From: Bdellovibrionia bacterium
GTDB lineage: Bacteria; Bdellovibrionota; UBA1018
Reading direction: 5' to 3'
Assembly: GCA_045805065.1 (NCBI GenBank)
Contig: JBJMMA010000228.1
Coordinates: 1-11,146 of the forward strand
DNA length: 11,146 nt
The notes under the pieces were generated by a model. It was given only the letters and a program-made list of their open reading frames with translations, searched no databases and had not been told where the DNA came from. This document shows, in pieces, positions 1 through 7,832 of this stretch; position 1 is the stretch's first letter; each line of letters begins with the position of its first letter. A program made the translations under genes and the position numbers.

Positions 1-34
1 AAGCGCACGACCATGGAACGCCGACTGCATTTCG

Positions 35-68
35 AAAAAAAAGCGGCCGAGACCAAAGTCTCGCCGCT
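35..68 (-). terminator. Rho-independent terminator downstream of fadE
   Basis: Minus strand reads AGCGGCGAGAC-TTTG-GTCTCGGCCGCT followed by a T run (8 A at 35-42 on plus): GC-rich stem with a one-base bulge plus U tract. Confidence 0.75.
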
Positions 69-111
69 CTTGCCATTGCATCTGCTCTCTCCGGGTGCAA
101 CCAGAAGAAGC

Positions 112-155
112 GAGCCGAAGGCGTTCCGCGAAGTCCGCCTTCGGCTCTTATTTTT
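112..155 (+). terminator. Strong hairpin with plus-strand U-rich tail; possibly bidirectional terminator
   Basis: Perfect 12-bp inverted repeat GAGCCGAAGGCG...CGCCTTCGGCTC (112-147) followed by TTATTTTT on plus; on minus it lies just after the fadE stop and is followed by GCTTCTTCT. Confidence 0.6.
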
Positions 156-2585
156 CTACCTGTAAGGGAAAGGCTGCAGCGGGAAATCATCCACCTGAAT
201 CGCTTCACGACGAAGCGTCTCAGTTTCACGCAGAGCTTCTGCCTGCTGCGATGTGATCACCTGCTTTTCGACGGCCTGTCCGATGAGTGCGGTCATCGGC
301 TGCTTGACCAGGACCTTCTTACGAACGGCGTGCTGGATCTTGCGAACCGTCGCATCAGCCTGATTGACTGCGCGGAAAGCCTTCTCCAGAGCGGCCAATG
401 GCTCGTTTTCATCCTTAGGCACGTACGCACCGGCAAAGAGGCGTTCGCGCTGCGCACCATCGGTCATCATGTATTCACTGATCTGAATGTCAATTTGATC
501 GCGAGATTCAACTCCGATCGGATTGAAAGCTACAAGGTGCCTCAACAGACCCCGGAAGAGCGGGCCAAAGACAGGCACATCGAAGTTCCCATAAAGACCT
601 TCATACGCAGTTTGAATCTGCGCAAACGAATGCCCCATCGACCATTGTAGAAGGGGAAGGTCAGCCGCAGGGCGTCCTTCTGCCTCATAGCGACGAAGCG
701 TTGCGCAAGCCAGATACATCCAGGAGAGAACATCGGCCAGACGTCCCGTGATCTTTTCACGAACCTTCAACGTTCCGCCAAAGCTCAGCATCGCCAGATC
801 CGCCATCAACGCGAAACGAGCGGATGACCAGGCAAGCCTCCGGTAGTACTTTCTCATTGGATCCGTGGAGAATGGCAACGCAAGCCAGCCACGCGTCATG
901 CCCAGCAAGACGGCTCGGAAGCTATTGCGGACAATATGGCCCACATGACTCCAGAACGCCCGGTCAAACAGATCCACGTTACCAGTCTCCGCGGCCTCGA
1001 TCTCCTGATAGGCATGGGGATGAGCGCGCACCGCACCTTGTCCAAAGATGATCAAGGAGCGAGTCATGATGTTTGCGCCTTCGACCGTGATCGAAATCGG
1101 AAGTCCGAAATAGTAAGACGCAATCATGTTTTTTGGCCCAAGCGAAATGCCCGCACCCGCCCGGATGTCCATGCCGTCATTGATGATCACGCGGCCCATC
1201 TCGGTCGAATAGTACTTCGCAATAGCCGTGATGATGGATGGCTTGCGGCCTTGATCGATCGCTCCGCAAGTGTATTTGCGAAGCGCTTCAAGCATGTAAG
1301 TCATGCCACCAATGCGAGCCAGCGGAGCTGACACGCCTTCGAATTTCCCGATCGACACGCCGAACTGACGGCGAACCAGTGCGTGCGCACTGGCAACGCG
1401 TCCAATCATCTTTGCGCCGCCGACGCTCTGCGAAGGAAGCGAGATGCCGCGACCCGCAGCCAAAGACTCCATCAACATGGTCCAGCCGTTGCCTGCTTGC
1501 GCAGGACCACCAATGATGGCGGTGATCGGAACCACCACATCTTTTCCCTGAGTCGGCGAATTGTAAAAAGGAACGCCCAGCGGGTTATGCCTGCGATTTG
1601 CCACAACGCCCGGAGTATTGGTCGGAATCAGAGCGCAGGTAATGCCGCGATCTTCCTCGCCTCCCAGCAAACGCTCAGGATCGCGTAGACGGAACGCAAG
1701 GCCCATGACTGTCGATACAGCGGCCAAGGTGATCCAGCGTTTGTTCCAATTCAAGCGCAGATAAAGCTTTCCATCATCGCCCTTGAAAACGACGCCAGTG
1801 GACTGCAACGAGCCCGCATCTGACCCGGCCTCAGGCTCAGTTAGAGCGAAACATGGAATTTCCTCACCGCGCGCAAGCCTTGGCAAGTAATAATTCTTCT
1901 GCTCGTCCGTGCCGTAGTGAACCAAGAGCTCAGCAGGTCCCAATGAGTTCGGAACCATCGTCGTGATCGCGAGTGGAGAACAGCGCGAATTGAGCTTCAT
2001 GATGACTTCGCTGTGCGCAAGCGCTGAAAAGCCCAAGCCTCCATAGGACTTTGGAATGATCATTCCAAAGAAACGCTCTTTTTTCAGGAAGTCCCAAACT
2101 TTTTCCGGGAGCTCACCTTTTTGAAACACTTCCCAATCATCGGTCATCCGGCAGAGCTGCTCAACCGGGCCGTCCAGAAATGCGCGCTCTTCCGGAGTCA
2201 TCTCCGGATAGGGCTGCTTGCGAATGAAATCGAAGTCAGGCTTTCCAGAGAAAAGTTCCTTTTCCACCCAGACGTCGCCAGCTTTAAGTGCGGCGCGTTC
2301 TGTCGCGGAAATCTTTGGAAGAACTTTCATGGCGTCCATGATTTTCAAGATCACGCTCGAGACCAGCGCTTTTCGCAAAGGCCTGACATTAAATAATATG
2401 GCGATAATGGCGCATATTGACCAGAGCGTGACGCTCTTTACGCCCGTCGCGGCAAGCAGAGCGAACAACGCTACGCTCCAAGCGATGAGCGGTGCGCCCA
2501 TGTATCCAAGAATGAGGAACACGACAACAAAGACGATAGTTAGCATGGTTGATCCCGGCCCCAAGATTTGCAAAAAATTGTCCAA
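156..2585 (-). CDS. fadE: Acyl-CoA dehydrogenase, FadE type (membrane-anchored, about 810 aa)
   Basis: N-terminal hydrophobic segments; PKISATERAALKAGDVWVE; ITTMVPNSLGPAELL; FAD-binding CFALTEPEAGSDA; WNKRWITLA; ITVEGANIMTR with catalytic Glu; C-terminal AIQVDDF typical of FadE. Start set at TTG 2585 (GAAGG upstream); TTG 2597 and ATG 2546 are alternatives. Confidence 0.95.
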   Translation of the reverse strand: MDNFLQILGPGSTMLTIVFVVVFLILGYMGAPLIAWSVALFALLAATGVKSVTLWSICAIIAILFNVRPLRKALVSSVILKIMDAMKVLPKISATERAALKAGDVWVEKELFSGKPDFDFIRKQPYPEMTPEERAFLDGPVEQLCRMTDDWEVFQKGELPEKVWDFLKKERFFGMIIPKSYGGLGFSALAHSEVIMKLNSRCSPLAITTMVPNSLGPAELLVHYGTDEQKNYYLPRLARGEEIPCFALTEPEAGSDAGSLQSTGVVFKGDDGKLYLRLNWNKRWITLAAVSTVMGLAFRLRDPERLLGGEEDRGITCALIPTNTPGVVANRRHNPLGVPFYNSPTQGKDVVVPITAIIGGPAQAGNGWTMLMESLAAGRGISLPSQSVGGAKMIGRVASAHALVRRQFGVSIGKFEGVSAPLARIGGMTYMLEALRKYTCGAIDQGRKPSIITAIAKYYSTEMGRVIINDGMDIRAGAGISLGPKNMIASYYFGLPISITVEGANIMTRSLIIFGQGAVRAHPHAYQEIEAAETGNVDLFDRAFWSHVGHIVRNSFRAVLLGMTRGWLALPFSTDPMRKYYRRLAWSSARFALMADLAMLSFGGTLKVREKITGRLADVLSWMYLACATLRRYEAEGRPAADLPLLQWSMGHSFAQIQTAYEGLYGNFDVPVFGPLFRGLLRHLVAFNPIGVESRDQIDIQISEYMMTDGAQRERLFAGAYVPKDENEPLAALEKAFRAVNQADATVRKIQHAVRKKVLVKQPMTALIGQAVEKQVITSQQAEALRETETLRREAIQVDDFPLQPFPYR

Positions 2586-2628
2586 CGATACCTTCAACGC
2601 TACGGCAGGAAGCGCTTCAGAGTCAAGA

Positions 2629-4461
2629 TCAGTGCGAGCCCAGAGAGCGATCCAAATTGTAAGCAGCGCTAATCAATGCCAGATGCGTAAACGCCTGGGG
2701 AAAATTGCCTAGTGCCTCTCCCCGACTTCCAGTTTCTTCAGCGTAAAGACCCACATGGTTGGCGTATCCAAGCATACGCTCAAACAACAAACGTGCCTCT
2801 TCAAGTCTGGAAGGCTCCATTCGTCCAGCACGCGTCAAAGCTTCTACCAGCCAGAAGCTGCACATATTGAAAGTTCCCTCGCTGCCATTGATTCCATCCA
2901 CCCACTTCTTGGAATCATAGCGATGAACCAACCCATCCATCACCAGGCCCCCGTCCGATGGAGGCCGGTTGATCGCATCGAGAGTGCTGAGCATTCTGGG
3001 ATCATTGGGAGCCATGAAGAAAACCAGTGGCATGATCAACGTGGAGGCATCCAGACATTGGCTCCCGTAAGACTGCACAAAAGATCCTCGATTATCGCTC
3101 CAGCCCTTTGCAATGATCTCCTCGTAGATCCGATCACGGGTTTCAAGCCAGCGCGATCTTGGGGCGGGAAAAGAGCGTTTGTCCGCAAGGCGCAAGCCGC
3201 GGTCAAAGGCCACCCAGCTCATCAGCTTCGAATAGACAAATTGTGCCTGACCGCTTCGAACTTCCCAGATCCCCTCGTCAGGTCGCTGCCAGTTCTTTTC
3301 AAGCCACTCCAGCAGGTTCCGGATATTCGTCCACGAATCATAGGGGATTTGACTGCCATACTTGTTGAACAGATAAACCGAATCGAGAAGCTCGCCATAG
3401 ATATCGAGTTGCAACTGGGAGTAGGCACCGTTTCCAATTCGGACCGGACGTGATCCCATATAGCCCTCAAGATGAGGCAACTCGGTTTCAGTCAGGTCAT
3501 GCCTGCCATCGATTCCGTAACAGATTTGCAGCGGGTTCCCGGGCTTTGTATCCCGACAGCGCTGATCCAGCCAATTCATGAAAGCCGCAGCTTCTTCAGT
3601 AAAGCCGATGCGAAGAAACCCGTAGATTGTAAAGGCCGCATCGCGCATCCACGTGTAGCGATAGTCCCAGTTTCTTGAGCCACCCATACGCTCAGGAAGA
3701 CTGCAGGTGGGCGCAGCGAGAATCGCCCCAGTGGGCTCGAACGTCAGGAGCTTCAAAACGAGCGCCGAACGATAAACCGTCTCCATCCAGCGGCCTCGGT
3801 AAGTGCATTTCGACAACCACTTGCGCCAATATTTTACCGTCGTCTGAAAGAGCTCTCGCCCCTCCTCGATCGATACTCTTTGCCCGCATCCTTCATTTTC
3901 GTCGATGCGCCGAAAGACAAAGTTTGTCACTCGCCCTTCGCTCAGGGTGAACTGCGCCCTCACTCCGTTTTTATCCCGCCTGAGCGGAATATGCGATGCC
4001 AACGCCATGCTGAGCTCAGGAGTCTTGAAAGTGGCGCCGTCAGGCGTGATCTCCAACTCATGTGGCATACGACCGTAATCAAACGCGGGCCTGCAAACGA
4101 GTTCAAAGTTGATCGTTCCGCGAACGACTCGCACGCCTCGTACCAGATGATTGTACCACGGAGAAGCGGGCCCATATCCGACGGGCATAAAATCATATAG
4201 CTCGCAAATCCCATCGGCTCCGGAAAATCGAGTCACTAAAACGTTGGTATCCGGCCAATAGAATTGTTTTTGAGTGTAAGTCTCATCAATCGGTCGAATC
4301 TGGAAATAGCCCCCCTTCTTATCATCCAGAAGCGCTCCAAAAATACTGGGTGAATCAAAGTGAGGGCAGCAATACCAATCGACACAGCCATTGGTACCCA
4401 CCAAGGCTGCAGTACGCATGTTGCCGATAATTCCGTGATCCCCGATTGGAAGGTAGCCCAT
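2629..4461 (-). CDS. Glycoside hydrolase family 15 protein (glucoamylase/trehalase-like)
   Basis: N-terminal [17 protein letters not shown] and [21 protein letters not shown]15 motifs [28 protein letters not shown] (catalytic acid), YAEE (catalytic base), [16 protein letters not shown] 4461 chosen over TTG 4482. No signal peptide. Confidence 0.93.
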   Translation of the reverse strand: MGYLPIGDHGIIGNMRTAALVGTNGCVDWYCCPHFDSPSIFGALLDDKKGGYFQIRPIDETYTQKQFYWPDTNVLVTRFSGADGICELYDFMPVGYGPASPWYNHLVRGVRVVRGTINFELVCRPAFDYGRMPHELEITPDGATFKTPELSMALASHIPLRRDKNGVRAQFTLSEGRVTNFVFRRIDENEGCGQRVSIEEGRELFQTTVKYWRKWLSKCTYRGRWMETVYRSALVLKLLTFEPTGAILAAPTCSLPERMGGSRNWDYRYTWMRDAAFTIYGFLRIGFTEEAAAFMNWLDQRCRDTKPGNPLQICYGIDGRHDLTETELPHLEGYMGSRPVRIGNGAYSQLQLDIYGELLDSVYLFNKYGSQIPYDSWTNIRNLLEWLEKNWQRPDEGIWEVRSGQAQFVYSKLMSWVAFDRGLRLADKRSFPAPRSRWLETRDRIYEEIIAKGWSDNRGSFVQSYGSQCLDASTLIMPLVFFMAPNDPRMLSTLDAINRPPSDGGLVMDGLVHRYDSKKWVDGINGSEGTFNMCSFWLVEALTRAGRMEPSRLEEARLLFERMLGYANHVGLYAEETGSRGEALGNFPQAFTHLALISAAYNLDRSLGSH

Positions 4462-4504
4462 ACTCGGTCTGATCGTCTGCAAACGACAAACCGCCAGGCA
4501 ACGA

Positions 4505-5683
4505 TCAGACGGACGGATGCTCGGGCGGGCTCAATTCCGGGCTATACGCATCTGCACTGGCAGACGGCCAATAGCGCCCGGCATCTAGCGCCAATGATTC
4601 GGCCTCTGCGTGATGCCCGGCTTTCTTGCAGGCCTCGATCAAGATCCCGTAAACCAGAGCATTGGCTTCCTTATTTCTGATCAGCTCGCGGCCACGCTGC
4701 AGGACGAGATGTAAAGGCTGAAGCTTGGACATGACGAGATAATCGATCGCAAGAAACTCGGCGGATTGGCGCTCATGTTGAGGATATGCGGTGAGAAAGG
4801 AGTCGGCCTCATTCGGGTATCCCGCTTCAATCAACGCCAGGATCGCCTCATTCAGAACCGGCGCGCGTTTTCCCGAAGTCAGCGAAGCCTGCTTGAAGCG
4901 CTTCATGGCTTGAGCCAGGTTGCCTTCTCGCAATGAGGCTTTTCCGCTCGCCACCAAGGCAGCGTAGGTATGGCGAATCAGATCTTCACTCTTTGAGTCA
5001 ATCTCCAGAAAAAACTGGTAATAAGCATCGACGTCATCAAAATTTCGAGACTCAACCGCAAGCCTCATTGCCATATTCAGTCGTTCCGGAAGAATCGGAT
5101 ACGTCATGATCAAGCGACGGAGCACGACATAGGCATCACTTTTCTGTCCTTCGCTCAATAACGTCTCGAACATCTGAACGAGCGCGCGGTAGCCTACCTT
5201 GTCGTAAACACGCTTTTTATTCCGAGCTCGCTGAAGTCTCTCAATTGCGGATCCGATCGCGTCTTCCGGGTCGTTCAAATTCAGCCGCGATCGAATTAAC
5301 GCTTCAAAGCTCTGTTTGAAAGCCTCCATCGAGAATGGCTTGCGCAGAAACAGATCGACGTCATTCTCCGCAGCAAGGGCCGCAGCAGCATCTGTCTGAT
5401 TTTTCGTGATGATAGCGGAAACCTTCAACGTCGACTTCTTTTTCAAAGCCTGCAGCAAACCCAGGCCAGAGTCCGAGCCAATATCCAACTCGCACATCAA
5501 GATGGTGAACTCTTGTGAGGCAATGAGCGACTTGGCTGCCTCGTAGGATTCGGCAATGCTGATCGTGGTACTTAACGCTCCAAGCTCAGTCAGCCCTCGC
5601 GCGATCGAGATCCTTGAGACTGAGCTGTCGTCAGCGATGAGAATCCGCTGTTGAGAGAAGAACTCTTTGTAACGCTTCATCAT
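4505..5683 (-). CDS. Response regulator-like protein: atypical N-terminal receiver domain plus TPR-like helical C-terminus
   Basis: RILIADDS...SGLGLLQ...AIIT...DLFLRKPFS receiver signature; C-terminal helical repeats such as [25 protein letters not shown] and [14 protein letters not shown]. Start uncertain (5701, 5683 or 5680; GGTGG upstream of the last two). Confidence 0.8.
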   Translation of the reverse strand: MMKRYKEFFSQQRILIADDSSVSRISIARGLTELGALSTTISIAESYEAAKSLIASQEFTILMCELDIGSDSGLGLLQALKKKSTLKVSAIITKNQTDAAAALAAENDVDLFLRKPFSMEAFKQSFEALIRSRLNLNDPEDAIGSAIERLQRARNKKRVYDKVGYRALVQMFETLLSEGQKSDAYVVLRRLIMTYPILPERLNMAMRLAVESRNFDDVDAYYQFFLEIDSKSEDLIRHTYAALVASGKASLREGNLAQAMKRFKQASLTSGKRAPVLNEAILALIEAGYPNEADSFLTAYPQHERQSAEFLAIDYLVMSKLQPLHLVLQRGRELIRNKEANALVYGILIEACKKAGHHAEAESLALDAGRYWPSASADAYSPELSPPEHPSV

Positions 5684-5722
5684 GAAACCACCAGAAGGCA
5701 TCCTGCCTTAATATATAACTTT

Positions 5723-5752
5723 AGTTTAAACCCTCGGGAACCGCCAGCACAA
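5723..5752 (-). promoter_or_regulatory. Candidate sigma70 promoter for the receiver-TPR/GH15/fadE unit
   Basis: Minus strand TTGTGC-N18-TAAACT in an AT-rich gap between the upstream terminator and the start codon. Confidence 0.3.
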
Positions 5753-5790
5753 GGGCTCAAACCAACCATCGGCGTCGTCAAAATGTTGAC

Positions 5791-5830
5791 AAAAAAAGCC
5801 GGACTCGCTCAAAAGGCGAAGCCCGGCTTC
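5791..5830 (-). terminator. Rho-independent terminator after the HMA gene
   Basis: Minus strand GAAGCCGGGCTTCGC-CTTTTGA-GCGAGTCCGGC-TTTTTTT, about 25 nt after the stop at 5855. Confidence 0.8.
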
Positions 5831-5854
5831 ATATCTGAATCTCTTGTTTTTAAG

Positions 5855-6283
5855 TCAGTTCGTGACTGCCGTTGCCTTGTAGTGGTCTCCAGCGCTTGCA
5901 ACTGCCTTGAGGATCGCATCGTTGGTCACTTTGCCTGGCACATAGCTGACCTTGAAAAAGTGAGCGCTCTTCTTCGAAGCAGGATCCTTCTCATTGTAGA
6001 ATTGAACGCCTTTTACGCCATCAATGGCCTGAAGCTTGGCGCTGATCATCTTCTCGCATCCACTGCAGGTAACGCCTTCAACTTTAAAGCGGCTGTTTGC
6101 CAGATCCTTTGCATTCGCAACCTCTCCATGCGCGGACGCCAGGCTAATGGTGTCCTTGCCTGAAGACTTCGTGCAAGAAGTCTGAGCGGAATTCTCATGA
6201 TCACCGCAAGCTAACGCAGAAAGCGGAAGGCTGGAAGAAACGATCAATGAAACAGCAACGAGGGTAAGAATCTGTTTATTCAT
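5855..6283 (-). CDS. Exported heavy-metal-associated (HMA) domain protein, MerP/CopZ-like
   Basis: Signal peptide MNKQILTLVAVSLIVSSSLPLSALA; FKVEGVTCSGCEKMISAKLQAIDGV (CxxC HMA motif); C-terminal ILKAVASAGDHYKA. The longer ORF start at 6448 overlaps recX and was rejected. Confidence 0.85.
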   Translation of the reverse strand: MNKQILTLVAVSLIVSSSLPLSALACGDHENSAQTSCTKSSGKDTISLASAHGEVANAKDLANSRFKVEGVTCSGCEKMISAKLQAIDGVKGVQFYNEKDPASKKSAHFFKVSYVPGKVTNDAILKAVASAGDHYKATAVTN

Positions 6284-6311
6284 GCATCTGAACATTTCAT
6301 TTTTCGGCGTT

Positions 6312-6833
6312 TCAGTCAATGTCATCCCCAGAGCTATCCAAGGAGCCACTCCTTCGAAAAAGGCACTTACTGACAACATCCCGCGAAAACCCTCTTCGGA
6401 GCAATCCTTCATAAGCCCGCTTCTTTTCAGCTTGGCTCTCCAACGCATGAGGATAACGGCGCTCCAGAACCTCCCGCGCCATTTGCAACTCAGAGTCCTT
6501 AGTATCAGGCAGGCACTCCTGATAAAGTGATTGCACTTCGCTCATGGAGAGCTTCAGCCCTTTTTGTCTAAGCTTTGCCAGCACATAAGCCGGACCTTTG
6601 TCCCGAAAGGCCTGATGCCGGGCAATCACCCGGGCGTAGCGCCGGTCATCGACGCGCTGATCCGCAACAAGCTGACTCACGACCTCTTCAGCCTGCTGAG
6701 AGGTTGCGCCTTTTCGGATCAAATAGGACTTCAGCTCACTCGCCCCGTACTCCCGGATGGAAATCCGACGAAGTGCAAGTCCCCAGACATCAAGCGGTGG
6801 CTGCTGCGGAGATTCTTGAGGATCGTCGCTCAT
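6312..6833 (-). CDS. recX: Regulatory protein RecX
   Basis: ALRRISIREYGASELKSYLIRKG, VDDRRYAR, KGPAYVLAKLRQKGL, KKRAYEGLLRRGFS: the three-repeat RecX signature. ATG 6833 chosen. Confidence 0.9.
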   Translation of the reverse strand: MSDDPQESPQQPPLDVWGLALRRISIREYGASELKSYLIRKGATSQQAEEVVSQLVADQRVDDRRYARVIARHQAFRDKGPAYVLAKLRQKGLKLSMSEVQSLYQECLPDTKDSELQMAREVLERRYPHALESQAEKKRAYEGLLRRGFSRDVVSKCLFRRSGSLDSSGDDID

Positions 6834-6841
6834 ACTGGATA

Positions 6842-6870
6842 GACCTAACAATTCGCGCGCCAAGTGGCAA
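6842..6870 (-). promoter_or_regulatory. Candidate sigma70 promoter for recX (near-leaderless)
   Basis: Minus strand TTGCCA-N17-TAGGTC with TG at the extended -10 position; ATG follows after 8 nt; no Shine-Dalgarno. Confidence 0.45.
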
Positions 6871-6901
6871 GTCGCCCTAGAGTATGTGATGATAGACTTG
6901 A

Positions 6902-7807
6902 ATGAAAACCCGAGCGAAAGAGAAGGTCTCGAAAGAGAAAGTCTCTAATGAGAAGAAATTTCTAGCGAAATTCGGCAAGGACTTCTTGTCCTCTGTTCCC
7001 ACTTGCCCGGGCGTCTATTTCATTTACGACGATTCCGAACAGCTGATTTACATCGGTAAAGCAAAAAACCTCAGGCGACGCCTGGGTCAGTACAAAAACG
7101 CCAAAAGAAGAAAAAAGCACGCAAAAATGCGTTCAATCGTAGCCGACGCGCAGCGGATCGAATACCGCACTCTCGCCAGCGATCTGGATGCATGCCTGGA
7201 AGAAACGCGCCTGATCCAGCAACATCGCCCAAAATGGAATGTCGCTGGCGCCTTCTACTTTCTTTATCCGATGGTGGGCATTCAGCGGAAAGACGGCCTT
7301 ACGCTTTTCTGCTACACGACTCAGCCCGAGCTTTTCCCCGGCTTTAGTTTTCATGGCGCCTATCGCTCGAGACACCTGACCAAGAACGCTTTCTTCGCGC
7401 TCATGGATCTTCTCAGCTACGTCGGGCATCGCGTGAAAAAACCCAGCCGACAGACCGGCGAAGCGCGCCATTCTTACATTGTCAGTTTTCGACAACTTCC
7501 TGAAAGCCTGGCTCACGACTGGGCGCTCTATTGGAAAGGCGAATCCAAGCAAGCTTGTGAGAACCTGGTTCTCTCCTTGGTTGAAAACGCCGGCGCACGT
7601 CACTCGCCCCGGAAAATCCAGGAAGGACTCAACGAGCTCAAACGCTTCTGGCGCCACGAGGCCGCCCCCCTTCAGCGCGCCATTGAGAGAACAGAGTGGC
7701 CCAGTTTTCCTGTTCCGCAAAGAGAGCGAGACATCCTGTTTCTGAAGTCCAAGGACCAGCGGGCACGGAAAAAGCTCAGGGAGCCATCAAGCCCCCTGAG
7801 CGTTTGA
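6902..7807 (+). CDS. GIY-YIG nuclease family protein (UvrC N-terminal-like domain plus uncharacterised C-terminal region)
   Basis: VPTCPGVYFIYDDSEQLIYIGKAKNLRRRLGQY and ACLEETRLIQQHRPKWN retain the Tyr, Arg, Glu and Asn residues of UvrC-type GIY-YIG domains; at 301 aa it is too short for UvrC. Confidence 0.88.
   Translation: MKTRAKEKVSKEKVSNEKKFLAKFGKDFLSSVPTCPGVYFIYDDSEQLIYIGKAKNLRRRLGQYKNAKRRKKHAKMRSIVADAQRIEYRTLASDLDACLEETRLIQQHRPKWNVAGAFYFLYPMVGIQRKDGLTLFCYTTQPELFPGFSFHGAYRSRHLTKNAFFALMDLLSYVGHRVKKPSRQTGEARHSYIVSFRQLPESLAHDWALYWKGESKQACENLVLSLVENAGARHSPRKIQEGLNELKRFWRHEAAPLQRAIERTEWPSFPVPQRERDILFLKSKDQRARKKLREPSSPLSV
6916..6955 (+). repeat. 15-bp in-frame tandem repeat (2 copies plus a degenerate partial copy)
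   Basis: GAAAGAGAAGGTCTC GAAAGAGAAAGTCTC TAATGAGAAG, encoding KEKVS-KEKVS-NEK. Confidence 0.8.
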
Positions 7808-7832
7808 CTAGACTCACCACGCGTACATTCAA

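Noticed and set aside
85..147. Glycine riboswitch-like fragments (GGAGAGA, GCCGAAGGCG)
   Set aside because: Elements are not in the right order on one strand, the CTCTCAGG segment is missing, and GCCGAAGGCG is explained by a perfect terminator-like stem.
330..2712. Multiple 70-165 aa alternative ORFs over fadE
   Set aside because: Antisense or out-of-frame shadows of a conserved gene; no motifs or ribosome-binding sites.
2755..3453. 232-aa plus-strand ORF
   Set aside because: Entirely antisense to the well-supported GH15 gene with no recognisable motif; shadow ORF.
5651..6163. 170-aa plus-strand ORF
   Set aside because: Crosses a terminator and lies antisense to both the HMA and receiver genes.
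6284..6448. N-terminal extension of the HMA ORF (197-aa version)
   Set aside because: Overlaps the recX 3' end and would bury the clear signal peptide starting at 6283.
6834..6901. LexA/SOS box between recX and the nuclease
   Set aside because: No CTG-N10-CAG or GAAC-N4-GTTC palindrome visible; a lineage-specific box cannot be excluded.
7133..7720. 195-aa minus-strand ORF
   Set aside because: Antisense to the GIY-YIG gene; no protein-like features.
6902..7807. Calling the nuclease uvrC or a homing endonuclease/mobile element
   Set aside because: About half the length of UvrC and lacks its C-terminal domains; no intron, interrupted host gene or flanking repeats.
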